Source: Phycisphaerae bacterium (GTDB lineage Bacteria; Planctomycetota; Phycisphaerae; UBA1845; Fen-1342). Taken from it: 64,000 nucleotides of DNA. The translations under genes were made by a program, and so were the position numbers. The notes beneath the pieces are model-generated. The model was not told the DNA's origin and searched no databases. It worked only from the letters and a program-made list of their open reading frames with translations. The stretch spans positions 96,001 through 160,000 of the forward strand of contig CAXXWX010000027.1 in NCBI GenBank assembly GCA_963675745.2, read 5' to 3'. Positions 20,294 through 30,892 of this stretch are shown here, in pieces (position 1 is the first letter of the stretch; every line of letters begins with the position of its first letter).

Positions 20294-20706
20294 GACATCG
20301 GTTGCAACAGCGTCGCCGGGGCATGATCCTGCTGATGGTCGTCGTGTGGTTTGGCGTGTTGGTGATTCTGGTGTCGGTTATCGGTCGCTACGCATTCGAC
20401 GAGATCCACCGTGAGCGTTACGCCGGCCTGCGCGCGTGCGCCGAACAGCTCGAGCACAGCGCCCGCGCATGGGTGCAACTGCACGGCGCGGAGCTGACCG
20501 CCGGCGAGCCAGTCAAGCTGCCAACGGCCGTGCTAGTACCGGGTGGGTTCACGGCCGGACTGACGGTGCAGCGCATGGCGGCCGAAGCTGAGCCATGGGT
20601 GACCTGCCGGGTGAGAGTCTCGCGCGGACCGCTCAACATCGACTGGCACCGCTCGTGGCCACTCGCCAGCGCCACGAAACAGCCCGAAATGCCGCCCACC
20701 CCGTGA
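20290..20706 (+). CDS. Pseudopilin (GspK/PilX-like, lacks Glu5)
   Basis: RRRG|MILLM plus hydrophobic helix; ATGA overlap. Confidence 0.7.
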   Translation: MRHRLQQRRRGMILLMVVVWFGVLVILVSVIGRYAFDEIHRERYAGLRACAEQLEHSARAWVQLHGAELTAGEPVKLPTAVLVPGGFTAGLTVQRMAAEAEPWVTCRVRVSRGPLNIDWHRSWPLASATKQPEMPPTP

Positions 20707-20937
20707 TTTTTCCGTAAATCCACCGCACACGTCCATTTCGCGTTCCCGCACCGACCGGCACGGCGACGCGGTCATCTCGGACGTTGCCCGGTAACCGCTG
20801 ATTATCGACCGCGCCGCCGTCAGGGCGTCGCAGCCGCTTCCACATCTCGATTTGCCTTCGCGCCCCAACACTTTCCATGCTGACAGAGGTTCGTCTGATC
20901 CGTCAATAGGTTTCCTGGCAGCGATGGAGCACTTGAA

Positions 20938-22335
20938 ATGGCGCTGACAATCAGCAATCCCAACGCGATCACATTGATCAACATTCTCAATCGGACATCG
21001 TCGGCACAGAGTGATGCGCTGACGCGTATGTCGACCGGCTCTCGGATCAACAAGGCAAGTGATGATCCGGCCGGTCTTATTGCTTTGCGCAGCGTGGACA
21101 CCGAGATTACCGCGGTGGCCGCCGCCCTCTCGAACAACCAACGCACCGATGCGATGCTCGGCGTGGCTGACAGCGCCATGAGCGAAATCGCGTCGATGCT
21201 CAACGACATTCAGGACCTGGCCCAGAAGTCAACGAACTCCGCCGGGTTGAGCGCGTCGGAACTTGCGGCCAACCAGGCCCAGATCGACAACGCGATCACG
21301 GCGATTGACCGAATCGTCGCCACCACGCAGTTCAACGGTAAAAACCTGATCGATGGTGCTCTGGCGTTGAACACCAGCACCACCAATGGCAGTAGCCGCG
21401 TCACCGACATCAACGTCTTCAGCCGTGGTTCCTCGACCGGGTCCAAGACCCTGACCGTCGAGCTCGACAGCGTGGCCAGCCAGGCCGGCACCAGCGCCAC
21501 GACGTCGACCTACAACGGCGCCGTGACACTCTCGATCCAAGGTACGCTCGGGACGGCGATCATTGAGGTCGCTTCCGGCGCCACAATCAGCGCGGTCGCC
21601 CAACTGATCAACGATGCCGCGGCCCAGACCGGTGTATCCGCCGCTTCAGCCGCCGGCGCCACACTCATGGTTTACAGTCAGGACTATGGCGCCAACGCGT
21701 TCGCGCGCGTCGAGGTGCTCTCCGGAGGTGGCAGCACTTATACCGGCGGCTATGATGCCGGTGTTGACGCTGGTGTGAGAGTTGACGGTCAGGCCGCCGC
21801 GACTGACGGCCTGGAGGTCAGCTATTCACGCGGTGGCTACGACCTGACATTCAACTTGAACTCCGCCTGGGCCACGGCCGGCCAGACCGAAACGATCACA
21901 ATCGCGGCTGATGGCGGCGCAACCTTCCAGCTTGGCACAGATTCGACGACGGTCCAGACTCTCGGCCTGTCGGGCCTTCAGTCCAACCGGCTCGGATCGG
22001 TCAACGACGGATACCTGTCTTCGCTGAAGTCGGGTGGCGGAAACTCGCTGTTCGACAACCCCGGCAACGCCGCCCAGATTGCCGCCGCCGCCTCAAACAT
22101 GCTGTCGATGGCCCAGGGCCGCATCGGCGGGTTCCAGAAGTTCCAGGTACAGACGTCGATCAACGCCCTGGAGGCGACCAACGCGGGTCTCCAGCAGGCA
22201 CGCAGTACCATCGCTGACGTGGACTATGCAACCGAGTCGGCCGAGCTCAACAAGCAGAATGTGCTGATGCAGTCGGCCATGTCGCTTTTGGGTCTGGCGA
22301 ACCAGCAGAGCACGCAGATCCTCAATCTGCTGTAA
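20938..22335 (+). CDS. fliC: Flagellin
   Basis: RMSTGSRINKASDDPAG N-terminal and STIADVDYATES...ANQQ..ILNLL C-terminal flagellin domains. Confidence 0.95.
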   Translation: MALTISNPNAITLINILNRTSSAQSDALTRMSTGSRINKASDDPAGLIALRSVDTEITAVAAALSNNQRTDAMLGVADSAMSEIASMLNDIQDLAQKSTNSAGLSASELAANQAQIDNAITAIDRIVATTQFNGKNLIDGALALNTSTTNGSSRVTDINVFSRGSSTGSKTLTVELDSVASQAGTSATTSTYNGAVTLSIQGTLGTAIIEVASGATISAVAQLINDAAAQTGVSAASAAGATLMVYSQDYGANAFARVEVLSGGGSTYTGGYDAGVDAGVRVDGQAAATDGLEVSYSRGGYDLTFNLNSAWATAGQTETITIAADGGATFQLGTDSTTVQTLGLSGLQSNRLGSVNDGYLSSLKSGGGNSLFDNPGNAAQIAAAASNMLSMAQGRIGGFQKFQVQTSINALEATNAGLQQARSTIADVDYATESAELNKQNVLMQSAMSLLGLANQQSTQILNLL

Positions 22336-22496
22336 CAAGCAACGTGCAATCCGGTAGGGGTTCGCATGTCCAGGCGGGTCGCGCGGCATTGGCCGCACGG
22401 CCCGCCGCCTCTTTGAGTTCGCATTGAACCGACGACCCCGCGCGCAACGTGAGCCTGCCCGGACCATTGTCTCCGCCAGTCCCCAACCCGCCTTAT

Positions 22497-23215
22497 TCAG
22501 TCCTGGACATCCGAGACGGTGAGCGAGAGCTGTACGATCTCGACAATGTCGTTGCGATTGCGTTCGAACTCGCGGTAGGCCTGGGTGGCAATCGGTTCGT
22601 TAGTAGCCGCCGCCACGATGATCAGCCGCTTACGGTCGATGCCGGATCGCACCAGGGCTTCGGCCACGCAACGGGCGCGGGCGTACGCCAGGTCGGTATG
22701 ATCCACAAACTCCGTGCCGTTGACCGGCTTCGCGTTGCAGTGCCCCCGCACTTCTATTTGCGTCCGAAAGCCCCGCAGGTTGGCGGCCAGGCTCGCGAGC
22801 GCCGCCTCCTCGCTGGCGGGCAGCTCGGCCGACAACTCGGCAAACTGTAGTGGCGACCCGACACAGAACCGGTCCGCATCGCGAATCTGGCGGACCTTGT
22901 CGCGCGTGCCGACGATCCCCTCATCTTCGGCCTTGCCCTCGTTTCTGGGGTCGATCGGCACGGTCAGAAAGCGGTCGATGGGGGTGTTTTTCGGCGGGTG
23001 GACCAGGTCTTCGAGCGGTGTCTGCTGCAAGCCGCCCTTATAGCCGAAGGCATCCCGAATCGCCTCCATGAAATCCATCAGCTTATCGTCCTGCTTCATC
23101 TCGCTCATGGAGAGCAGCAGCACGAAGAATGTGAGCAGCAGGGTCACCAGGTCGCCATATGTGACCATCCACTCCGGCGCGCCGCCCCCGCCACCTTTTT
23201 CTTTCTTCGCGATGG
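22497..23215 (-). CDS. motB: Flagellar motor stator MotB (OmpA domain)
   Basis: WMVTYGDLVTLLLTFFVLL TM with conserved Asp; C-terminal OmpA-like domain. Confidence 0.92.
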
Positions 23216-23269
23216 CCACTTTTTCAACCTTGTGCTTGTGCGGGAATCTTCAGCAGCTTGAGTTAGCCC

Positions 23270-23351
23270 GTAGCGTCCGACCCCGAGTCGGACGTGTTCA
23301 GCGAGCGTAGACTCTCCTGAGGTCACGGCCAACTCGGGGGTCGGCCGCTAC
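23270..23351. repeat. Inverted pair of GTAG REP palindromes (family A) between motA and motB
   Basis: GTAGCGTCCGACCCCGAGTCGGACG ... CGGCCAACTCGGGGGTCGGCCGCTAC. Confidence 0.7.
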
Positions 23352-23361
23352 GCTAAGCGCT

Positions 23362-24138
23362 CTAGCCGGCCGCCTGTTCGGCCACCTGACGCTGCTGGGC
23401 GTTGAGGAAGGCGGTCAGCTTCTGGGCGACAACGCGCGGGTTGTCGCCCGCCTGGATGCTCATGACACCTCTGACAATCAGGAGCTTGGAGGCCACCTCC
23501 TGCTCGCTGCGCAGCCCCAGCTTATCGGCGACCGGCATGGCGAAAAGATTCGCGACGACCGACCCGTAAAACGTCGTGATCAGCGCGACCGCCATCGAGG
23601 GCCCCAGCGCGTCCGGGTCGCTCATGTTCTGAAGCATGATGACGAGCCCGATCAGCGTTCCGATCATGCCGAAGGCCGGCGCGTATTTGCCAACCGTGTC
23701 GAATATCGCCTTGCCGCCCGCGTGTCGGTCGACGAGCGCCTCAACCTCGCGCTCCATCGCATCCTGGATCACCGCCGGGTCCTGCCCGTCGATCGCCATG
23801 CGCAATCCGCGTGCCAGGAACTCGTCGTAGTCGCTCTCCTGCAACTTGGATTCGAGACTCAGGATTCCGTCGCGCCGGGCGCATTCGGCCAACTGCACCA
23901 GCGTGTTCACGTACTCGACCGGGTCGAGCGGTTTGCTGAAGAAGGCGTTCTTCACCACCCCGAAGACTTTGAGCACATTGCCCAGCGGAAACGCGATCAA
24001 GGTGGCTGATATGGCCCCGCCGACGACCACGGCCAGGGAGGCCGCGTCGATAAACGGCCCGAGCGACGATTTCATCATAATCGCGCCGCAGATCAGCCCG
24101 AGGCCAAGCACAAACCCGATAACAGTGGCGATATCCAT
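23362..24138 (-). CDS. motA: Flagellar motor stator MotA
   Basis: MDIATVIG, ARRDGILSLE, APAFGMIGTLIGL, ALITTFYG and GDNPR motifs. Confidence 0.95.
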   Translation of the reverse strand: MDIATVIGFVLGLGLICGAIMMKSSLGPFIDAASLAVVVGGAISATLIAFPLGNVLKVFGVVKNAFFSKPLDPVEYVNTLVQLAECARRDGILSLESKLQESDYDEFLARGLRMAIDGQDPAVIQDAMEREVEALVDRHAGGKAIFDTVGKYAPAFGMIGTLIGLVIMLQNMSDPDALGPSMAVALITTFYGSVVANLFAMPVADKLGLRSEQEVASKLLIVRGVMSIQAGDNPRVVAQKLTAFLNAQQRQVAEQAAG

Positions 24139-24507
24139 GATGACTCACACGGGTCTCGGTGGGCGCACGGGCCTCTCGGCGTGCTTCTGAGCGACGTCCC
24201 AATGCGTCCTTGCAAGTCTCATCGGTTGGACCGAAAACCCCGTTCAATAGGGGCATGCTTGTGTCCGGGTCGGCTCGAGGTCCGCGCGCATCCGGCGGGT
24301 TCACAGGCCGGCCGCAGCGTCCGCCATTATCCGCGACCTCTCGTGGGGTATATCGACAGACACCATCGGGCGCATCAACGCGGCCGAAGGGGCATTCTCA
24401 CGTCATTCGGGGCAGCCGAGCACTGCGGCTGGCAGAGGCCTGGCTACAGGTGGCTCAGGCGTGACATGCCGACGGCAGTTGTGATATGGGACCAGCGCGA
24501 GCGCGTG

Positions 24508-25710
24508 TCAGTTATCGGGCATACCAGACCCGCCCGTGCCGGACGCCAGCCGCGCCGTCGCGTCGCGGATTTCCTGCGCGGCCAATTCCCGGTGCGACCG
24601 CGCAGCCAACCCCTCCGCCGCCTCACGCAGAAACTGGATCGCTTCAGCGGGGCGGTGTAGATAGCGGCTCAGGATCAGGCCGATCAGGAGCTTGACCTGG
24701 GTCGTCTCGGGGGACGTCGGATAGGCCTCGAGCAGTGCTGTGTACGCCGCCACCGCACGTACATACTGCTGGGTGTGGTTCAGGTAATTGGCGACGTCCA
24801 GTTGCTGCCGGCGCGGCAATACATGACGTGGATCGTCGGCAACCAACTGCTGATAAAGCGCGCTGGCCTGTTCGAGATTACCCACGGCGGCCGCATCGAG
24901 GATGCGCTCGCGCAATCTCTCCGCCGGTGTGAGTTGCATTTGCCCCATCGGCGTGGAGCCGAGATCCTCGGCGTGAACCGGCCGAGCCGTGCGCGGGTGC
25001 GTCTCGGCAGCCGGGATGGTGAGCCCGCTGCGGCGTCTCCAGCGGTTCCAGAGGGCCAACAGGTCAAACTGGTTGCGCGGCAGCGCGCGGATTGCCAGCA
25101 TCGACATCGCCACGGTGAACCCGAACAGGTATCCGCCAAGGTGAGCGGAGTAGGCCACGTTGGCCGCCATGCCGTGCTGGGAAATCGAGGGCGCAAGGAT
25201 GTTGTCCCATAACACGATCTTGAAAACGATGATGATCAGCGACGGAATCTGAAACCAGGTGATGATTCCGAAGAACAGCAACATCGTGATGTGTACGCGC
25301 GGATACAGCACCAGGAACGCGGTGGTCACGGCGGCAATCGCGCCGGACGCGCCCAGGATCGGGTTGTCGGCCGCAGAGGAAAATACGACGCCGGCGAATA
25401 TTCCGCCCGCCAGATAAAACAACAGGTATACGCGCCCCCCCATCCGATCGCAGACCGCATTGCCGAAGATCCACAGAAACAGCATATTGCCCAGCAGGTG
25501 TGTCAGGTCGCCGTGCAGGAACTGGTAGGTGATGTACTGGTACGGGGACGGCCAGGCGGCGTCCAGCATGTAGAGGTCTTTGAACTCGTGCCCCCATACG
25601 CCGCCGGTGACGTCCGTAATGATGAACACCAGCACATTCAAGGCGATCAGGATGTAATTCGCGTGCGGCGGTTTGCGCGTGCGGACTTCGGTTCCAATCG
25701 GAATAAGCAT
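24508..25710 (-). CDS. Rhomboid intramembrane serine protease with C-terminal TPR-like region
   Basis: FLHGDLTHLLGNMLFL, GASGA and AHLGG motifs; helical-repeat tail. Confidence 0.9.
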   Translation of the reverse strand: MLIPIGTEVRTRKPPHANYILIALNVLVFIITDVTGGVWGHEFKDLYMLDAAWPSPYQYITYQFLHGDLTHLLGNMLFLWIFGNAVCDRMGGRVYLLFYLAGGIFAGVVFSSAADNPILGASGAIAAVTTAFLVLYPRVHITMLLFFGIITWFQIPSLIIIVFKIVLWDNILAPSISQHGMAANVAYSAHLGGYLFGFTVAMSMLAIRALPRNQFDLLALWNRWRRRSGLTIPAAETHPRTARPVHAEDLGSTPMGQMQLTPAERLRERILDAAAVGNLEQASALYQQLVADDPRHVLPRRQQLDVANYLNHTQQYVRAVAAYTALLEAYPTSPETTQVKLLIGLILSRYLHRPAEAIQFLREAAEGLAARSHRELAAQEIRDATARLASGTGGSGMPDN

Positions 25711-25762
25711 GTTGTCCCTGAGGTACAAGCCGCACCGGGCGGCCGCAGGTTGTGGCCGGCGG

Positions 25763-27727
25763 CTAGTCCGATCCGGCCTGGTGCGCGGCACGTATCAGAC
25801 GCTCGCGCCACTCGGATGATAGTGGCGCAGGCTGGTAGTCGCGCAGGCGCTGAATCATCGGCTCTCCACCGGCGGCGAGAACACGGCCGAAATAATCCCA
25901 TTCGGGGGCCTGTGTGGCAAGCTCCACAAACGCCGCGTTCTCCAGGGAGGCCGGCCAGCCGCTGGGCCAGGTCGGTCCGGGCGCATCGAGCGCGCCGAGG
26001 ACGGTGTGGGCCATGCTGCGCACCCACGCCGGCTGATCGGGGGCATGCTGCCACAGCTCCAGCGCACGCCGTGCGCTGCGGGCCTGATTGTCAGCCACAA
26101 TCACCATTGCGGCCGCCAGGAGACTGCTGTTCGGGTTGCGCTGGGTTGGGTCGAGCGCCGCGCGCACGCGATCGGTGAACCCGAGTCGGGCGTCGCGCCA
26201 ACGGTCGATGGCCGGTCCGGCACTTTCCCACCCCCGAGCGAATTCTTGCAGCAGCTCGTTCTCAAGCACGCGACGAGCAGGCACGGTTTCGTAGCTCAGT
26301 TCCGTCCGAGCCGGATAGCGGCGTGGCCGGTAATCTTCGGCGCCCTCCGCAAAACCCCTCTCGCGCATCCACCCGAACACGGCGCGCACCTCCGCCGAAC
26401 CCACTTCGAATGGCTGCCGGTCGTCTGAGTAATCACCGAATCGGCGCCCGGTGATGCGAGCCAATGCCCAGGTCAGCCGCTGCTGATCGCGCGGCGTACA
26501 CTCGGCAAACTGACCGGCCAGGACGCCTTCGATGCGATCACGCGCGCTCTGGTACTGCGGCGCACCGCTTACCAGGGCAATACCGGCCGCAGCCACCGCC
26601 AACGGAGATTGCGCCGTGGCCAGCCGGTCCAGCGCACGCCGCGCGGCGCGGATGTTCTCGACGGTTTCGGCTTCGTCGCGCGCCACCACGCTCGCGCGAC
26701 CGGGGCGAAACGGTTGGGCCAGCGTGAACAACGCCTTGGCATAAGCCTCGCCACGCTGTTGGCCCAGCCACGACCAACTGGGCCAGTAGTCTTCGGCCAG
26801 TGGCGCCAACACGCCGTTGCTGTCTTGCCGGGCCAGCCGCTGAATCGCCCGCGCGTAGCGCTCAACATCCCGCTGGGCATCAGCCAGCGCCGCCTGGGCC
26901 CCGGCATCCTGCGATGCCTTCGCCGCCCTCAACGCGCGCTCGAGAAAGGTCTGGCGACGCAGCGACTCCTCCCAGAGCCCGGCGAGATCGCCGGCCACGT
27001 CGCGATCGCCCAACAGCGCTCGCGCCGCGGTCGCCGCGTCCGCCAACTCATTGTCATGCTGGCAGCGCTCAAGCACGGCCAGCCAGGTGACCTGATCGTT
27101 GTCCGCGTGGTGCGCATGCGCAGCCAGAAACTCGATCGCCACAAGCTGGTTCTGCGTCCGCGCCGCGGCGGATGTCGAAGTTTGCAGCGAGTCATCGAGC
27201 GCGGCGGCGACCGCTGGTATGCACTGCGCGCCCAATTCCACCAATTCCGCATACACGGCGCGGCGCGCGGCAAGATCCTCCGAAGCGAGCAAAGCTGCGG
27301 CCAGTTCGTCGAGGGGCACGGGCGGTGCGGTGGCCACGCCGGCGCCGGGCGGTGAATACTCGTGCGCGCGGCGATGGCTGTCATACAGGCTCGTCACCAT
27401 AACCGCCGCGATCAACAGCGCGATGAGGGCCCCGGCCGAAATCGCCCACCGTTGCCACGAGATAAGCGCCAGCCTGCCGGTCAGCGATGGACGTTTGCCG
27501 CTTTCGATATCCGTGCCACATTTGCGACACGTTTCCGTGCCCGGCGCGTTCTGGTGCTTGCAATGCGGGCATTGGACGGTCACGTCGGTTGGGAGTGGGG
27601 CCTTGCCCATTGGGACCGGTACGCGCAGCACGGTGCCGCACGCCGGGCAGCTCGTCGTGCGGCTGGCCAGCTCGTCGCCGACCACCATCACGTGTCCACA
27701 TGTCAAACAGCGGATTTTGATTGCCAT
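25763..27727 (-). CDS. Hypothetical membrane-anchored protein with N-terminal double zinc ribbons
   Basis: Four CxxC pairs (CLTC, CPAC, CPHC, CRKC), one TM, long alpha-helical C-terminal domain. Confidence 0.7.
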   Translation of the reverse strand: MAIKIRCLTCGHVMVVGDELASRTTSCPACGTVLRVPVPMGKAPLPTDVTVQCPHCKHQNAPGTETCRKCGTDIESGKRPSLTGRLALISWQRWAISAGALIALLIAAVMVTSLYDSHRRAHEYSPPGAGVATAPPVPLDELAAALLASEDLAARRAVYAELVELGAQCIPAVAAALDDSLQTSTSAAARTQNQLVAIEFLAAHAHHADNDQVTWLAVLERCQHDNELADAATAARALLGDRDVAGDLAGLWEESLRRQTFLERALRAAKASQDAGAQAALADAQRDVERYARAIQRLARQDSNGVLAPLAEDYWPSWSWLGQQRGEAYAKALFTLAQPFRPGRASVVARDEAETVENIRAARRALDRLATAQSPLAVAAAGIALVSGAPQYQSARDRIEGVLAGQFAECTPRDQQRLTWALARITGRRFGDYSDDRQPFEVGSAEVRAVFGWMRERGFAEGAEDYRPRRYPARTELSYETVPARRVLENELLQEFARGWESAGPAIDRWRDARLGFTDRVRAALDPTQRNPNSSLLAAAMVIVADNQARSARRALELWQHAPDQPAWVRSMAHTVLGALDAPGPTWPSGWPASLENAAFVELATQAPEWDYFGRVLAAGGEPMIQRLRDYQPAPLSSEWRERLIRAAHQAGSD

Positions 27728-28020
27728 CCCGGTGTTCGCCTGCCCGACAGCATTCTTCGCGGGCGGTCCGCATGAGCAGCCCGCCACTTGTGTGGGACCG
27801 GCGCCCGGCCGGTCAACACGGCCGACTTGGGCGTCGGCCGCTACGTTTACGCGCCAACCACGGCACAATCTGTCGCCGTGCACAACTTCAGCCAACGGCT
27901 ATGATATTTGTAAGGCTCGCCACGCGCGCTGACAAGCCCGCCAGCAAGCAACCGGCGGCACGCCGGTGCCGCCTGACACAGCAAAGGAGATTCGCGGTGC
28001 CGCGATCAGCCCCGGCTTTC

Positions 28021-29184
28021 ATGGATATGTTGTCTCCCGACTTCTTCCAGCTTTCCGAGCTGCTCACCGACGAAGAGCGCCAGGTGCGCGAATTGGTCGG
28101 ACGATTCGTGGACGAGCGCGTGATCCCGATCATCGCCGACTGCTTCGAAGAGGCGCGCTTTCCCGCCGAAATCGTGCCCCAGCTTGCCGAGTTGGGGTTA
28201 CTCGGCCCGACCTTGCACGAGTACGGCTGTGCCGGACTGAGCAACGTGGCGTATGGTCTGATCATGCAGGAACTCGAACGCGGCGACAGCGGCATCCGCA
28301 GCTTCGCCTCGGTCCAGAGCGGGCTTGTGATGTTCCCGATCGAGGCCTATGGATCGGCCGAGCAGAAGAAACGCTGGATGCCGCTTTTGGCGCGCGGCGA
28401 GGCGATCGGCTGCTTCGGCCTGACCGAGCCGGACGGCGGATCAGACCCCGGGGCCATGAAAACACACGCCAAGCGCGACGGCACTGACTGGATTCTGAAC
28501 GGTTCGAAGGCCTGGATCACGAATGGCACGATCGCCGACGTCGCGGTCGTGTGGGCGCGCACCGACGAAGGTGTGCGCGGATTCCTCGTTGAGCGCGACG
28601 CGCCCGGATACACCACGAGCGAAATCAGGCACAAGTTTTCCCTGCGGGCGTCGGTGACGTCGGAGCTGTTCTTGGACGGGGTGCGCGTGCCGGAGCACAA
28701 TCGCCTGCCGGGGGCTGACGGGTTGGCGGCCCCGCTGAGCTGTCTGACACAGGCCCGCTTCGGCATCGCATGGGGCGCGGTCGGCGCCGCGCAGGCCTGC
28801 TACAGGGCCGCGGTCGAATTCGCCGGACAGCGTGTGCTGTTTGGCGAGCCGCTGATCAACAAGCAAACCACGCAACGCCGCCTGGCGGACATGCTGCGGC
28901 GGATCACCGCCGCACAGTTGTTGGTTTGGAAGCTGGCGCGTATGAAAGACCAGGGCAACCTGCATCACGCCCACGTGTCAATGGCCAAGTGGAACAACGT
29001 GCGCGCTGCACTCGACATCGCCCGGGAGGCCCGTGACCTGCTCGGGGCCGGCGGCATCAGTGTCGAATGTTGCCCCATCCGCCACATGCTGAACCTCGAA
29101 AGCGTGGTGACCTACGAGGGCACGGAGACCATCCACGAACTGATCGTCGGCCGCGAAATCGCCGGTGGTCAGGCAGCGTTCTAA
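28021..29184 (+). CDS. Acyl-CoA dehydrogenase (glutaryl-CoA dehydrogenase-like)
   Basis: ERGDSGIRS, GCFGLTEPDGGSDP, LNGSKAWITNG and TYEGT motifs. Confidence 0.92.
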   Translation: MDMLSPDFFQLSELLTDEERQVRELVGRFVDERVIPIIADCFEEARFPAEIVPQLAELGLLGPTLHEYGCAGLSNVAYGLIMQELERGDSGIRSFASVQSGLVMFPIEAYGSAEQKKRWMPLLARGEAIGCFGLTEPDGGSDPGAMKTHAKRDGTDWILNGSKAWITNGTIADVAVVWARTDEGVRGFLVERDAPGYTTSEIRHKFSLRASVTSELFLDGVRVPEHNRLPGADGLAAPLSCLTQARFGIAWGAVGAAQACYRAAVEFAGQRVLFGEPLINKQTTQRRLADMLRRITAAQLLVWKLARMKDQGNLHHAHVSMAKWNNVRAALDIAREARDLLGAGGISVECCPIRHMLNLESVVTYEGTETIHELIVGREIAGGQAAF

Positions 29185-29467
29185 AGCGCCGTCAATCCAA
29201 CCGTGGCAGCGTGCCGGGTGCCCCACGGCTTGCCGTGGGGGACGGAAGCACGCATGAAAACACCCGCCACCGCAACCGCGGTCACGCGGCGGCGTCACAC
29301 AAGCGCGAGAATTGGCTCCAAAGCCAGCACAAAACCAAGCATTTTCTCCCCGCCCACCACCGTTTTCGCCGAAGAAATAGCCAGTGCGCGCTGAGTGCGC
29401 CCACTGGGGCTTGCGCTATTGCCCGGCCGCGCCGGCCGCGCGCAGTTGTCAAGGAGGATCTCACGGC

Positions 29468-30856
29468 ATGAGAGTGCTGCTGGTGGCGTACGATAACGAC
29501 TCGTTCATTCACTGGTTTCCGATGGGATTGGCGTATCTCGCGGCCGCCCTGCGTGACGCCGGGCACGACGTCACGATCTACAACCAGGACGTCTATCACT
29601 ATCCCGAGACGCACCTGACGGAGCATCTGGGCGACACCCACTATGACGTCGTCGGCGTGGGCGTGATCGGCGGGTACTACCAGTATCGCAAGCTGCTCCG
29701 CATCTCCGATGCGATCAACAGCGTCCCCGACCGGCCGCGCTACATCATCGGCGGGCAAGGCCCCTCACCCGAACCCGAGTACTTCCTAAAGCGAACCGGC
29801 GCCGACGTAGTGGTCATCGGCGAAGGCGAGCAGACAACCGTTGAGTTGCTGGATGCCTGGCAGCGCGATCGGGATATCGCCGGCGTCAACGGAATCGGGT
29901 TCTTCCGGGAAAGCACGTTCATCCAGACCGCGCAGCGCCAGGCCCCCAAGGACCTTAGCGCAATGCCGCTGCCGGCGTGGGATCTGTTCCCGATGGACTA
30001 CTACGCGTTGCTGCGCATGCCGCACACGACGAACAGCGACCGCGTACTGCCGGTACTCGGTGGCCGCGGCTGCCCGTACAAGTGCAACTTCTGTTATCGC
30101 ATGAGCAAGGGCATCCGCCTGCGCACGCCGGAGAGCATCGTGGACGAGATCCGGATTCTCAAGCAGCGCTACCAGGTAACCTACATCGCCTTCATGGACG
30201 AGCTGTTGATGTGTTCGGCGGCGCACACCAAGCGTCTGTGCCAGGCGATGATCGACGCGCGGCTGAACGTCAAATGGTGTTGCAACGGCCGACTGAACGT
30301 CACGACGCCCGATGTGCTTGCCATCATGAAGCAAGCCGGCTGCGTGTTCATCAACTACGGCATCGAGGCGATGGACGACCGGATTCTCGAGGTCATGAAC
30401 AAGCGTCTCACGACCGAGCAGGTTGTAGCGGGCATCGAGGCCACGCTCGCGGCCGGCATCTCGCCCGGCTACAACATCATCTTCGGCAACATCGGCGAAA
30501 ACCGCGAGACGCTCAGGAAAGGGGTCGAGTTCCTACTCAAGTATGACGACCACGCGCAACTGCGCACCATTCGGCCCGTGACACCATACCCCGGCTCACC
30601 GCTCTACGAGCACGCGATCGCGCAGGGCATGCTCAGCGGGCCGGAGGAGTTCTATGAGTCGCGACACGTGAACTCAGATCTGCTGAGCGTGAATTTCACG
30701 GAACTGAGCGACGCGGAGTTTCACAAGGCGCTGCTTGAAGCCAACAAGACGCTGCTGGAAAACTACTACGCCTATCAACTGGCCGACCAGTTGAAGGTCG
30801 CCGAGCGCCTCTACACAAGCGGCGACGCAACGTTCCGCGGCTTCCGCCAAACCTAA
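29468..30856 (+). CDS. Cobalamin-binding radical SAM protein
   Basis: PMGLAYLAA B12-binding N-terminus, GEGE, RGCPYKCNFC, PYPGS; AGGAGG RBS. Confidence 0.92.
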   Translation: MRVLLVAYDNDSFIHWFPMGLAYLAAALRDAGHDVTIYNQDVYHYPETHLTEHLGDTHYDVVGVGVIGGYYQYRKLLRISDAINSVPDRPRYIIGGQGPSPEPEYFLKRTGADVVVIGEGEQTTVELLDAWQRDRDIAGVNGIGFFRESTFIQTAQRQAPKDLSAMPLPAWDLFPMDYYALLRMPHTTNSDRVLPVLGGRGCPYKCNFCYRMSKGIRLRTPESIVDEIRILKQRYQVTYIAFMDELLMCSAAHTKRLCQAMIDARLNVKWCCNGRLNVTTPDVLAIMKQAGCVFINYGIEAMDDRILEVMNKRLTTEQVVAGIEATLAAGISPGYNIIFGNIGENRETLRKGVEFLLKYDDHAQLRTIRPVTPYPGSPLYEHAIAQGMLSGPEEFYESRHVNSDLLSVNFTELSDAEFHKALLEANKTLLENYYAYQLADQLKVAERLYTSGDATFRGFRQT

Positions 30857-30892
30857 CCGCTTATTTCTGACTTCTGACTTCCTACTTCTCTT

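Noticed and set aside
29221..29240. CCCCACGGCTTGCCGTGGGG hairpin as an IS200/IS605 end
   Set aside because: Single palindrome with no tnpA/tnpB nearby; more likely an isolated REP or terminator-like hairpin
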